Shown: piece by piece, positions 1 through 12,882 of the stretch
Numbering within the stretch: position 1 is the stretch's first letter
Layout: each line of letters opens with the position of its first letter
From: Dendrobates tinctorius
Lineage: Eukaryota
Reading direction: 5' to 3'
Length of the DNA stretch: 64,000 nt
Assembly (NCBI RefSeq): GCF_039654945.1
Contig: NW_027361728.1
Location: 91,078,001 to 91,142,000 of the forward strand
Notes under the pieces: generated by a model
Database searches by the model: none
What the model saw: only the letters and a program-made list of their open reading frames with translations
What the model was told of the DNA's origin: nothing
Translations under genes and position numbers: made by a program

Positions 1-141
1 TTTTTTCACAGGATCCGCTAGTTAGATCCATTGAAAAACCGGATCCATCGCATCAGTTTTTCACAATCTGTGATGGATCCATCAATCCGTCGAGCCAATG
101 GATTGTGACTGATGGCAAAAAACTGATGTGTGAAAGGCGCC
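1..141. mobile_element. Right end of a palindromic MITE (Harbinger/Tourist-like), cut by the window edge
   Basis: Repeated GGATCC motifs; ends ...GTGTGAAAGGCGCC+TTA, like the termini of other MITEs in the window. Confidence 0.4.
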
Positions 142-597
142 TTAGTCTTTCACAAATGAGTGCTTTTTGCTTTTGTCATGGATAAACCACATACCCATTA
201 TAGTCTATGTAGATTTTCACATGTCTGTGAGGTCCTTGTGTCCAGCAAAAAAAAAGAGACATATCTGTTCAACCATTCATATTTACAGACCCTTGAAAAC
301 CTCGGACATCAATGCCATCCTAGCTGCATCTTAGTGCTGTCCATTTTTTATAATTCTTTGTTAATAGAACCTTGAGGAATCCCCATCAATTTTTGTGGCA
401 TATGAAAAAAATAGACTAAACACTGATATAAAAACTAGCACTGCCCAAACACTAATGAATATCTGATTAAAAAGAGTAACAAAAATTTGTTCTTTTATTT
501 GCATAGAAGAAAAATCACTAACGCCTGAATGAGGCGTTAGATTGTGAGTCCCGCTAGGAACATGGACTGATCTGAGTGATTACAAGCTGTGTAATTT

Positions 598-823
598 TAT
601 AGTTTCATATTTTTAAGGTTGAAAGAAGCCACAAGTCCATTATTTTCAACCTTTAATATAACAGGTTGGTCCAGAGGAAGGCAAGAACACCATGAGGGAA
701 ATGCTAATGGCCCCATAGGAGGGGGAAAAATCCTTCCGATTCCACATACGGCAATCAGACTAGTTCCCCGGGTCAATGTCTCATCACAGAATCTAGTATC
801 CACAACATGTCATATTATATATA
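598..823 (-). mobile_element. CR1 LINE 3' fragment, split by the Gypsy insertion and continuing at about 8691-8725
   Basis: AGGTTGAAAGAAG...GTCCAT...TTCAACCT and CCAGAGGAAGGCAA resemble the reverse complement of the CR1 3'UTR; after the LTR the minus frame reads KKDLDDFLEKY (CR1 ORF2 C-terminus-like). Confidence 0.6.
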
Positions 824-1835
824 TGTGGCGCCCCCAGGGGTATGGTCGCCATACTGGCTTTGCCTTCCTCTAGGGGAGGGTAATTGCCAGGCTTGGAAGC
901 AGTGATGGGTCTCTCCAGCAGTTAACCTAATGCATGCAACACAGTTCCACTCTGGGCCAGCAGGGGGAACTCTGAACCAGGATTCAGGAGAGGAGTGTCC
1001 TCTGAGGGCCAGGAGGAAGAAGGGGCAGATAGTCTGCGGAGGGTGAAGTGTGCAGACGTGTGGAAAGAAGCTGGAGGTGGTTGAGCTAGGAAGGAGAGCT
1101 CCCTCAGCTTGAGAGTGCACAGAACTGGAGCCTGGTCTCCACGGTGGTACGGACACTGACGGTCCTGCCACAGATACCAGAGGAGTAGGAGGCTGTAAAT
1201 GCCTTGCTCCCAGCAAAGACTTGGGACACAGCAGCAATTGAATAGAGAGCCAGGACTGAAGAGAGGAGTCCCCGAGAGAGGCTACAGCTGTCTGTCATAC
1301 AAGTATAGTTCTAGGAACATCTGATGAGAGGCATTTCAGAGTAACTAAGTACTGGAGTGTTTCAAACCACAAGGCGCTAGGAAGGAGTCTGCACAGCCCT
1401 TCTGCTGAGAGAAAATCCTGATCTGCTTCCAGGCTAACCTTCCCCAATACCATCTGTGATCAGGACCCTGGACTGCATATATTAAGTAAAGGTACAGAAA
1501 CTGCAACCGCTGTGTCTTGTCTGTTCCCTACGCCCCCAGCACTGCTACATCCCCGTGCTGGTTGCATCTACACTGCCCTGGGACTACAGCTCCACCTGTG
1601 GGGAGCTTTTACATCTTTGTTGCACCCTACCATCAGTCCCAGGGGATCTGTATGCAGCATTGGCCTAACACCATACTTGCCAAACACCACGGGTGGCGTC
1701 ACAAACTATTCTACCATTAACTACATCTCCCATTGCTTGGGCGCCCAGGGCCACGGACCGGGTCACCGCTGCTGTGACACATTCCCCGACACCGGTCCGG
1801 TACCGAGTACCCCACAGCCCTGGGAGGGCAACCCA
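824..1835 (+). repeat. 5' LTR of Gypsy A
   Basis: TGTGGCGCCCCC...ACCCA; near-identical to 7676-8686. Confidence 0.95.
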
Positions 1836-1838
1836 ATT

Positions 1839-1856
1839 TGGCACCACGAACAGGAT
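1839..1856 (+). promoter_or_regulatory. Primer binding site, tRNA-Ser-like
   Basis: TGGCACCACGAACAGGAT 3 nt after the LTR; 2 mismatches to TGGCGTCACGAACAGGAT, the complement of the recalled vertebrate tRNA-Ser(CGA) 3' end. Confidence 0.75.
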
Positions 1857-2151
1857 TACGGAGCCCGGTATCCCCGGGTCCTGTGTGCCATAGACTGTGA
1901 TTGTGAACTGTGTGAATTTGGCGCCTGAAACCGCCATTGCCGCGCTGCTTGGCGCGCGCGGGAAGAAAGAGGGTCAGCCGTCGTGGGCGGAGCCTGCTGC
2001 AGAGCGCGAAGAGGAGAAGTGCCACACGGGAAGAAGGACAGCGCGCAAGAGGAGCTGAGGCCTACAGCCAGAGCGTCGGGCCTGTGATGCAGCCGCCGGT
2101 GAGCTCCCATAACCCCCGGCCCTAGCCAACGTTAACTAGGGGGGAGAGAGA

Positions 2152-3208
2152 ATGTCCAATCCGAGCGGCAATGTAGCGGCGGCTGCCGACGCCAACCCTG
2201 TCGCACCGCCAGGAGGAGGGCCTGTCGCACCGCCCAGAGGGGCACCCACCGCAGTGGTCCCCATCATGCCGCTGTCTATGCCCTACATACCGGGAGCGGC
2301 CTGGCTACCACAGTACTCGGGTGAGTCACATACCCTGAGTGAATTTAAAGAAAGACTGTGCAGCTTGTTTAAAGTTTACCCTCTGTCTGAAGACCAGAAA
2401 GTGAATATCCTGATTGGACAGCTAATGGGTGCAGCACTGAGAGAGGTGAAAGCCTGGCAGGCTACTGATAAAGAGACTGTTGCAAAGGTCCTGGCCAAGC
2501 TGAAGAGCACCTTTGACACCCGTACTGCAGCTGAGATCAAGATGCGGTTCTTTGGCTGTAAACAGAGGGCACAAGACAGTATCAGGGACTATGCCCTCAA
2601 CCTGCAGGAGGCGCTGCGAGCAGTTAAGCAAGTTGATCCTGATAGTGTAAAAGAAGAAGATAAACTGTTGAAGGAGCAGTTCATTGAAGGACTCCTGTCT
2701 AGTACCCACAGGGGGGCAGCTGCGCATCCTAACCATGCAAACCCCTGATCTGAACTTTGCTGATTTCAAGGATAAAGCTATATGGGTACTGCAGGAACCC
2801 ACTGACAGCCGTCCAGCGCCCCAGAGGCGCCTAGCGATCACCTACCATCAGGAAACCACACCTTGTCCTTCCATCCCTGTGGAGGCTGATGCCCAGACCC
2901 TGGATAAAGATCCAACAGCGGAGCTGTGTCTACAAGTCCAGGAGCTGACCAAGGGAATGGCTGCACTTACCAGAACCGTGCAGTCCCTGCAGGAGTCCTC
3001 CAAAGAAAAAGCACAGCTTGCTTCCAGTCCAGAGGATGTCCCGTGGCTCCGGAGGAGGAGAACCCTGCCACTTCGAGGAAGGAACAACAATTGCTATGAC
3101 CAGGACGGACGTCCCATCTGTCGTCGCTGCTACAAGGCAGGTCATCTTGCAAGGTACTGTCCTTTAAACGAGCAACCCCTGGGGCAGAGGGCCAACCCCC
3201 AGGAGTAG
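2152..3208 (+). pseudogene. gag: Gypsy A gag with a frameshift in the G-run near 2710
   Basis: ORFs 2152-2748 and 2684-3208; capsid-like LKEQFIEGL; zinc knuckle [14 protein letters not shown] (CX2CX4HX4C). Confidence 0.9.
3163..3203 (+). promoter_or_regulatory. -1 ribosomal frameshift signal (slippery heptamer plus hairpin)
   Basis: T TTA AAC in gag frame (3163-3169), followed by a CCTGGGG/CCCCAGG stem (3178-3203); the -1 frame is open through to protease LLDTGS. Confidence 0.8.
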
Positions 3209-3243
3209 GTTCAGCAGGCCCAAGGAACTGGAGAGCCAAGTAT

Positions 3244-6200
3244 GTGGGAGGGAGACCGATCCTTCCTGTGGTGATTGATGGCATCCCTATGAACGCTTTG
3301 TTGGACACTGGCTCCCAGGTGACCACTATGCCGTCCATTCTGTATAAGAGGTACTGGGCTGATTCTGAACTCACCCGTGGCCCAACTGATGAACTAACAC
3401 TAGTTGCTAGTAATGGTCATACCTTGCCGCAGATTGGATGCAAGGAAATTACTGTTAAAGTGGGGCGGGTAGAGTTAAAATCTCAAGGTCTGATAATTGT
3501 TGATATTGATCGACATGAATGCAATCCGATGATGACTCTTGGTACAAATGTAATTGAAAACTGTCTGTCCGAGGTTATTGTCTTGTTGCAACAGGTGGCT
3601 GAGACTGCTGGCTCCGGAGAACAACGAGTCCTGCAGAAGGAGATCCGAGCCCTGATGCAAAGGCAACAGGTAGAACTCTTTGGCGGAGAGATTGGCAGCG
3701 TCAGAGTGAGTGATGCTTTCCCCATTGTAATACCCACCAAGAGTGAAATGATGATATGGTGTCGGGCAGCTATAGGCCTTAGAGGGAGGGATTACCAGGC
3801 ATTGGTGGAACCAGTATACTCCGAAAGCAGGCCCACTGTCCTGACAACCAGAGGGGTGGTTGATGTACAAAAAGGGAGAGTACCTGTACGCCTTTTGAAT
3901 TGTGGGGAGGAGGAAGCCACAATACCTCGGTACGCCACAGTTGCTAAGCTGCTCACTGTTAATAATAACTCCTTGCAGGCAGCAGAGCCTTTGGTCTCAT
4001 CCGATCTGGTGGAGGACAATGGCCCTGTGAAACAGCTAGAAGAGTGGTGCCAGCAACTTCAGGTGAGAACTGACTCTACACCTTCATACCAGAGAAATGG
4101 GGTTTACACAGTGACACAGGAGTATGAGCGGGTATTCAGCAAACACCCACTAGATTTTGGGCAGGCAAAAGGGGTTCAACATCATATCCCCACAGGAGAC
4201 CATCCACCCATAAAGGAGAGGTACAGACCTATACCCCCAAAACAGTACCAGTGTGCTAAGAGTATGTTGAGGGAGATGAAGGAGGCTGGCGTTATCAGAG
4301 ACAGTTGTAGCCCCTGGGCAGCTCCCATAGTTTTTGTAAAGAAAAAGGATGGTACCATGAGAATGTGTGTTGATTACAGGGAAAATTAACAACATTACAC
4401 ATAAAGATGCCTACCCATTACCTAGGATTGAGGAATCCTTAGCTGCACTTAAAACTGCTAATTACTTTTCCACCTTGGATCTCACCAGTGGGTATTGGCA
4501 GGTTCCCGTGGCAGAGGCAGATAAGGAGAAAACCGCATTTACCACTCCAATGGGTCTCTGTGAATTCAATTATATGCCATTTGGGCTCTGCACTGCCCCA
4601 GGAACATTTCAACGGCTGATGGAGTACTGCCTGGGACACATGAACTTTGAAACAGTCCTGTTGTACCTGGATGATGTCATTGTTTTCTCCAAAACCTATG
4701 AAGATCACCTGGAACACCTGGCTGAAGTGTTTGAAGCGTTGTCCAATTTTGGCCTGAAGGTGAAGCCCTCCAAATGTCACCTCCTGAAGCCCAAGGTACA
4801 GTACCTCGGTCATGTGGTCAGTGCAGAAGGTGTGGCACCAGATCATGAAAAGGTAACAGTCATCCGGGACTGGCCGAAGCCCAGCAACCTCCATGAAGTT
4901 CGCCAATTCCTTGGACTGGTAGGTTATTACCGAAGATTCATCAAGGGCTTTACTGAAATAGCCACCCCTATGCAAAACCTTCTGGTGGGGCAGTCCAAGA
5001 AGAACAAGCAGAAAAATTCCACCTTTGAATGGACAGAAGAGTTGGAGAGGTCCTTCACCAGATTGAAGATGGCTCTCACAGGTGACGAAGTTCTGGCCTA
5101 CCCAGATTATGAGAAACCCTTTGTGCTATATACAGATGCCAGCAATGTGGGACTAGGGGCGGTACTGTCGCAGGTACAGAATGGAAAAGAAAGCGTGATC
5201 TCCTACGCCAGCAGGAAGTTGCGTCCCACTGAAAGGAACCCCGATAACTACAGTTTTTTCAAGTTGGAGTTCCTTGCCATAGTCTGAACTGTCACCGAAA
5301 GGTTCAAACATTACCTGGCCTCGGCCAAGTTTAAAATCTTCACGGACAACAATCCGTTGACTCACTTGGACACTGCAAAGCTAGGTGCACTGGAACAGCG
5401 ATGGATGTATCTAACTATGAGTTTACCATCAAGTACCGGGCAGGGCACAAGAATGCCAATGCTGATGCGCTGTCCAGAATGCCGAACCTACCAGATGCAG
5501 GAGAAGACCCTGAGGCTCTTGAAGAGATAGAGCTACCTCCCTTCCACCGGCCACTTGCGGCCCAACGTGCTCAAGGAGTGAGAGACAGACGGTCCGGCTT
5601 GAAGGAGGTCACCCTGAATCCTTTGCCCCATCATGACTGGGCAGAAACGCAAGATAGTGACCCTGCAGTCTGCCTGGTGAAGGAGCTGTTGACACGAGCT
5701 GACTCACGTCCAGAGTGGGATGCTCCTGAAGAAACCCAGCAGCTGTGGAAGGATAAGGGTTGGCTGTTCATTTATGAAGGGAAGCTGTGTCGGAGGACTA
5801 TCAATGCCCGCACTCATGAGCTGGTTTGGCAGGTGATAGTCCCAAAGAGAGAGGCATCAATGGTCCTGGAAGCATACCACAATGGAGCTGGACACTTCGG
5901 GTGGAAGAAGTTGGAAACATTGCTCCGAGAGAGGTTCTACTGGGCTGGTATGAGGAAAGCCATTGAGAGGTGGTGCCGGGAGTGTGGACGGTGTAACCTG
6001 CGCAGAAAGGATCGAGACAGTCAGAGAGCTCCCCTGCAACCAATTATCACCAAACAGCCACTGGAGTTTGTAGCCCTGGACCATGTGAAGCTGGTTCCAA
6101 GCCGGTCGGGCTACATCTATGCTCTTACCATTGTGGATCACTACTCAAGATTCCTGGTAGTTGTACCCATCAAAGATCTAACTGCCAGGACAGCAACCAG

Positions 6201-7321
6201 AGCCTTCCAACAGCACTTCTGTAGGCCACATGGGTATCCTGAAAGAGTACTCACAGATCACGGTCCAGCTTTTGAGGCAGAAGTGTTCCATGAGTTCTGC
6301 AACTTGTATGGTTGTAAGAAGATCCGGACAACACCTTATCACCCACAGACCAATGGCATGTGCAAGAAGATGAACCAGGTAGTGATTGATCTACTGAAGA
6401 CTCTGCCCTTGGAGGAGAGGAATCTGAGGCCAGAAAAGTTGCCGGACCTGATAGATCTCTACAACCATATTGCAGTGAACTCTACCAACTTTACTCCAGC
6501 ATACCTGATGAGAGCAAGATCGGGTAGGCTGCCTGTGGATTTGGACATGGGAGTTCTGATGCCTGAAGTAATGTCGCCAGATGCTGACTGGGACAAGGAG
6601 AGGCAGCAGCAGTACAGAAGAGTACAGGAGTGTGTGGAGAAGAATCTGGCCCAGGCAAGACAAAAGCAGGAGAAGCTATACAATCAGAATGCACCTGCTG
6701 TCCCCTTTTCGCCGGGAGAACAAGTCCTCAAAAGGAAGAGGAGGTTGCACAAGCTAGATGATCAATCGGAGGCTGAACCTTATACCATTCTGCCCTCAAA
6801 CTTTGATAATACCACAGTCTGCCTTGTTAGTAAAGATGGTATCCAGGGACCACTTGAAGTTATGCCCTGACCAGTTGAAAGCAAGAGCAAAAGAGTCAGA
6901 TGACATCCAACCTGTAGAGAAAGAAGAGAAGGTTAGCACAGTGCTTGGGGAGTTCCCTGCGAACTGGACTAGAATTAATGATGCAATAGTGGTGCCAGTG
7001 TTATTATTCCCCCAAGTGGAAGCACAGGAGGACGTGACTCGAGAGGATCAGGAAAATCAGGCAGCAGAAGCCACACCAGCAGTGGAGCCAGAGAACCCTC
7101 GCCCTGCCAGTGGTGAACCTGTTGTGCCTATGGTGAGTCCAAGAGTTCCTAGACAGTCACGTATCCCTGTGCCATGTAGAATTACTAGGAGCGTATCTAG
7201 AGCATTACACACTACACCGGTAGTTAGAACCAGACAAACAGTAAGGCCCACTACAGTACCAGTGTTGCGCAGATCCACTCGAACCACACAGGGTGTACTG
7301 CCAGTTAGGTTCCGCATCTAA
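3244..7321 (+). pseudogene. pol: Gypsy A pol (protease, RT, RNase H, integrase), with frameshifts and a stop
   Basis: LLDTGS; YLDD; YTDASNVGLGAVL; HHCC zinc finger and DDE integrase; LRRSTR tail. Breaks near 4381, 5285 (TGA), 5400 and about 6760-6840. Confidence 0.95.
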
Positions 7322-7666
7322 AGTAACATGTGAATATTGAAATTAAATGTAAATATGTAACTGTTTTCTAAGTTTTGTGCCTACAGGTAACCTGTAAGAG
7401 TTCCCTTTGAAAGTTACCAGTTTTGCTTCATGGACACTGAACCACAGGATTTGTGTGTGGTAAAAAACTTTATTTATAAATAGTTACCATTTGCCAGGAA
7501 TGGACCATGGACATTGATGTTGGACTTGTCATCATAGGACCATTTTTGAACACTTGGTTTTTGTACATTTTTACCTTTTCCAAATCTTGTACAATTATTG
7601 TTGTTTATATGTTATATATGTTGTTTTTCATGTTTCTTGTTCAGCCCAGGAGCGCTGACTTTCACT

Positions 7667-7675
7667 AGGGGGGAA
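7667..7675 (+). promoter_or_regulatory. Polypurine tract
   Basis: AGGGGGGAA immediately before the 3' LTR. Confidence 0.8.
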
Positions 7676-8686
7676 TGTGGTGCCCCCAGGGGTATGGTCA
7701 CCACACTGACTTTGCCTTCCTTCAGGGGAGGGTAAATGCCAGGCTTGGAAGCAGTAATGGGTCTCTCCAGCAGTTAACCTAATGCATGCAACACAGTTCC
7801 ACTCTGGACCAGCAGGGGGAACTCTGAACCAGGATTCAGGAGAGGAGTGTCATCTGAGGGCCAGGAGGAAGAAGGGGCAGATAGTCTGCGGAGGGTGAAG
7901 TGTGCAGACGTGTTGAAAGAAGCTGGAGGTGGATGAGCTAGGAAGGAGAGCTCCCTCAGCTTGAGAGCGCACAGAACTGGAGCCTGGTTTCCACGGTGGT
8001 ACGGACACTGACGGTCCTGCCACAGATACCAGAGGAGTAGGAGGCTGTAAATGCCCTGCTCCCAGCAAAGACTTGGGACACAACAGCAATTGAATAGAGA
8101 GCCAGGACTGAAGAGAGGAGTCCCCGAGAGAGGCTACAGCTGTCTGTAATACAAGTATAGTTCTAGGAACATCTGAAGAGAGGCATTTCAGAGTAACTAA
8201 GTACTGGAGTGTTTCACACCACAAGGCGCTAGGAAGGAGACTGCACAGCCCTTCTGCTGAGAGAGAATCCTGATCTGCTTCCAGGCTAACCTGCCCCAAT
8301 ACCATCTGTGATCAGGACCCTGGACTGCATATACTAAGTAAAGGTACAGAAACTGCAACCGCTGTGTCTTGCCTGTTCCCTACGCCCCCAGCACTGCTAC
8401 ATCCCGTGCTGGTTACATCTACACTGCCCTGGGACTACAGCTCCACCTGTGGGATGCTTTTACATCTTTGCTGCACCCTACCATCAGTCCCAGCGGATCT
8501 GTATGCAGCGTTGGCCTAACACCATACTTGCCAAAAACCACTGGTGGCGTCACGAACTATTCTACAATTAACTACATCTCCCATTGCTTGGGCGCCCAGG
8601 GCCACGGACCGGGTCACCGCTGCTGTGACACATTCCCCGACACTGGCCCGGTACCGAGTACCCCACAACCCTGGGAGGGTGACCCA
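7676..8686 (+). repeat. 3' LTR of Gypsy A
   Basis: Direct repeat of 824-1835, followed by TSD TATA. Confidence 0.95.
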
Positions 8687-9950
8687 TATATTTCTCAAGA
8701 AAGTCATCCAGGTCCTTCTTGGGTTTATCTATGTGAATCAACCATGTGTTGTGAAATGTGATGGTGCTACAAAAACCATAATAACTCAATACACATCTGT
8801 AATGAAGGTGTTCAGTAAGATAACACTATTCCATTATATGTGATTTGTAAAGATCCTTGGCACGTACATTGTCCTGTGTGAGCCATACGCGGGGTAAGCT
8901 TTGAATTCTGCAGCCAGCTGTAGGCTTGTTTTTCCACAACTAAGTTTCAGGTCAGAAATGTTCTTTATTCTTTACATTTCAGTGGTTATGATTCTTCTTC
9001 TCGTGCACCACACACAGCACAATAAAGCTTCTGCTCTTTTTTTGTGGCAGGATACCAGAACCTTCATAAAGGTAACACATTACTGGCAGCACTGAGCTCA
9101 TCATATCGTAATCTCAGCGAAAGGGAATATTTAATGTGTTTTTTAGTAAATCTTCAAAGCTCAAAGCAGCCGTCTTTGCCTCGTAGGCTGCTTTTAGTCT
9201 CAGATTTTCCTCACTATACCTGCAACGCATGCTGACTTCGGTGCCAACAAAAAGAACTTCAGAAACAAAGACCCATGAGATAATTAGATGCAAAACCACA
9301 AGCTAGTGAATAGATACGAACGGCTCAAGAAAAGTCCTGTCTGTAAATGGCAAATGTATAGGAATTTTTAGGTCTATATAAATGGGTGTAAAACGAAGCA
9401 CGATTAGAAATTTGTTTATTTGCTGAAGGTAATGTCATAAGATGTTGGCTTCATAAGTTACAACGTGACAGTGAATGAAAATAATCAGGTGGCTTTTTTG
9501 AAGAAGAAAATGGGTTAATTATGATGCAATATTTCTCTGGTCAATTAAATTACATATCACAAATCTTGAACAAACTTTGTCATCACAGCGTTGTTAGTTG
9601 TCAGGTAACAAGTTAGATGCACAGGGATTGTTCAGAGATGAGACACCTTGTAGCCACTTTTCTTTCAGGCCTATGCCAGTCGGTCAATGTGACAAATTTG
9701 TTAAACTTTATATTTCATTATTCTTGTAACAGTTGTCTCAAGTTTTTAAATGGGCAAAACTGCAAAATCCTTGGGAAAACAAGCAATCAACAAACAACTT
9801 TCCTCTTTTTAGAAATCCTCTCTATTCTCAAGAACAGAAGGATTTTCAATAGTGTATAGCATTTTTCTTAAGTTAGAGGCAATCCTATGGTCTAAGAACT
9901 GCTGGTAACGTAGGTAAGCCGCACGTGCCACTAGCTAGTACTATACTTAA

Positions 9951-10124
9951 GGCTATGACCACACTATCAGTATTTGATCAGTATTTTTTCTCAGCATTTG
10001 TAAGTCAGAACCAAGGTATAATAAAAACAAGTGCACAAATTCGGCATGTTTGACCCACGCTGGGTATTGGCTTACAAATACTGATGTGAAAGACTGATTA
10101 AATACTGATAGTGTGGCCGTAGCC
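9951..10124. mobile_element. Short Harbinger/Tourist-like MITE
   Basis: TIRs GGCTATGACCACACTATCAGTATTT / AAATACTGATAGTGTGGCCGTAGCC; flanks TAA/TGA. Confidence 0.7.
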
Positions 10125-10347
10125 TGAGAGTCTGATCTCTCTTCTCTGATGCTTCAGGCTCCCTTTGTTTTTCCCATGTTATAGAAGCAAATTGAGCAGT
10201 CTGGGAAACATTTCAGACCATGACAATGGTCTTAACTGTAAATCTTCCAAAGCGCACCATTCTAGGCAACCATGAAGCTGGGAGGAAGAATTGAGGAGCA
10301 CGCTTGAAGATAAGAACTTGAGAAACAAGTAATGGTCAATCTGTTCC

Positions 10348-11315
10348 TGTTAGGCGTCGGATTCCTGCAGCGGCTCAGCAGGAGTCCAGAGCCTCACATT
10401 CTGCAGTCTCACATTGTCTATCGACCGCAGAGGAGATTGATCAGCAATGTCAGTGTCCCAGACGCTCTGCCCAGACCTGCTCTGTGGGTCTGACTGTTGC
10501 TGCCACCTTTGGGTCAGCAATAGCAATGCAGGCTGCTTTGCAGCAAAATGCTCCAGAGGCTAAGTCCTCCCGTCATGCTTCTGGGCATGCTCACGAGACG
10601 ATCTCACATTGGAGATCGGGAGTCACATGCTCAGGTCCTTCTCCTGATCTCATTGGTCCATCTCAGAGATCTGGAAGGTCCCGGAAGTGCACGGCTATAA
10701 AAAGTCCGCATGGCTGCTCGTCCATGCGATAGTATAGACTCTAATTGCTACTGTGTGTATGGTGATGGATGTATGGACTGCGAATGACATTAAGATTCCC
10801 CTCCCTTTGATATTACGAGTGCGGTTAGGGATCTAGTTATAGAGTCAGCGCCAGTCAGTGGCAAGTTACTGGCCTCACGGCACTTCCTCCACAGCGCTAG
10901 CGTCCGACAGTGCGCCCCTCCTGGGCACTGTCGCATTGTGGCTGGGTCAGTCGCCGCACTGCTGTAGCAGCACTAGTTGGCGTCCGCGGTAGCGACGCCG
11001 CACGCACGTTAGGTCTAGAGGGACATCGCCCTGAGTCTTGGACTTAGTCCTGTGACCACATACCGTGCGTGCACTTCGCTGAGTCCTGTGAGGTCAACAG
11101 TCTCGGCATTTATGTTCATGCCTTAAGCGACCCTGTGAATCAACAGAGTACGCCCAGCGCACATCAGGTGACGTTATAACCCGCGCGTGCTTTACCGCCA
11201 TATTGCGCATCTGCCAAAGTCTAGCAGCGGTTTTAACACCTACTGCACGGTGGACCCCGTGCGGCGAAAGCACTTTCTATTATTTTATATTTAGTGCGTT
11301 CCGCCATCCCTAACA
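10348..11315 (+). mobile_element. Solo LTR of a different LTR family
   Basis: TGTTAGG...CCTAACA termini, 5-bp TSD GTTCC (10343-10347, 11316-11320), internal TATAAAA near 10696. Confidence 0.88.
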
Positions 11316-12882
11316 GTTCCCCAGCTAGGCTACTGGGAACCCATCATCCAAACTGGGGATCGTAAGTTACCAACTCAAGGTGCAATTGTTACTGAGGCTA
11401 AGGGAGATACAACAGCAGTAGTGCTAGGCATGAATGTTATGCTCATGTGTTTCCTGAATTGCTCGCTGCCTTGCATGCTTCTCTCCCTTCTGCTTCTCCC
11501 CCTTACAGGAAAGCTGTTCAATTGACCATTAAAGTGCTCTGCGCCCAACAGAAGTTTGCCAACTGTAAAGGTGAGATCTGCCGTGTGCGTATCACCGAAG
11601 CACAACCAGTTGCCTTGTCGGCCAACAGCGAGACTTTAGTCTGGTGCCGAACCCGAACAGGAATTAACAACGAAGACTATGAAGCACTTCTTGACTCCAT
11701 CCCAATTGAAGTACAGCCCCTGGTAAAAGCTGCCAGAAGTATCGTCACTGTCTCAAATGCTAGAGTACCAGTACGGCTAATCAACCTGAGTTATGCACCC
11801 ATCGAGCTATACAAGTTTAATTCAGTTGCTCAACTGTACAGCCTTGATCTTGAAGACATCCTAGATGATGAGACACTCGCTCATCAAAAGTTGATGAAAA
11901 ATGCTCCCAAAGGCTCTAATACACCCACTACCTTCTGGTGGAATAACACTCCCATCGCACACATCCAGGGTGTCACCAAAGTTGCTAAATGACACAGCCA
12001 AGCTTTCAGCAAGCACCCACTTGACTTTGGCAGGACATCCCTGATACAACACAGAATACAAACAGGTGATCATCCTCCTATCAAGGAAAGACACCGTCCA
12101 GTACCTCTTGCAAACTATCAGCAAGTAAAGACACTGTTAAAGGAGATGAAAGATTCTAAAGTCATTAGAGAAAGTCAAAGCCCGTGGGCTGCACAAATCG
12201 CCCTGGTGAAGAAGAAGGATGGTAACGTCAGGTTTTGTGTCTACAGAAAACTAAACAGCGTTACGCAGAAAGACGCCTATCCTCTTCCACGGATTGAAGA
12301 ATCCATCACAGCTCTTGGCTCAGCTGCATATTTCTCCATTCTTGACTTGACCAGTGGCTATTGGCAGGTACCCATGGCTCCTGAAGATAGAGAGAAAACA
12401 GCCTTCACCACCCTGATGGGACTCTATGAGTTTGACGGTATGCCATTTGGGTTATGCACTGCCCCTGCTACATTTCAGCGACTCATGGAGAGATGTCTTG
12501 GTCACTTCAACTTCCAATGTGTTCTGTAATATCTCGATGATGTAATCGTGTATTTCTGTACTTATGAAGAACACTTACGCCATCTTGCAGAAGTATGCCA
12601 GGTACTCATTGAACATGGCCTGAAACTAAAACCATCAAAGCGCCATCTGCTCAAGCCAAAGGTCAAATACCTGGGTCATGTTGTAAGTGCCGAAGGTATC
12701 CAGCTTAATCCTGACAAAATATCAGCTGCAGAGGCGTAGCTAGGGTTTCATCTTAGGGGGGCAAAAAATCTGAGTGGGCCCCTAATACTCACATGTGAGA
12801 AATTCGGATGAGTCTCGCACATCAATACCCAGCACTGCCGTCGGCACTCGGGAGCGAAGCGTTCAGCTACATGTATTTCTAT

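Larger units (their letters stand above)
824..8686 (+). mobile_element. Full-length Ty3/Gypsy LTR retrotransposon (element A), coding region disrupted
   Basis: Two ~1011-bp direct LTRs (TG...CA), 4-bp TSD TATA (820-823, 8687-8690), PBS, PPT, gag then PR-RT-RH-IN order. Confidence 0.97.

Noticed and set aside
6758-7321. env-like third ORF in Gypsy A
   Set aside because: No signal peptide or TM segment; reads as the frameshifted integrase C-terminal tail (LRRSTR motif)
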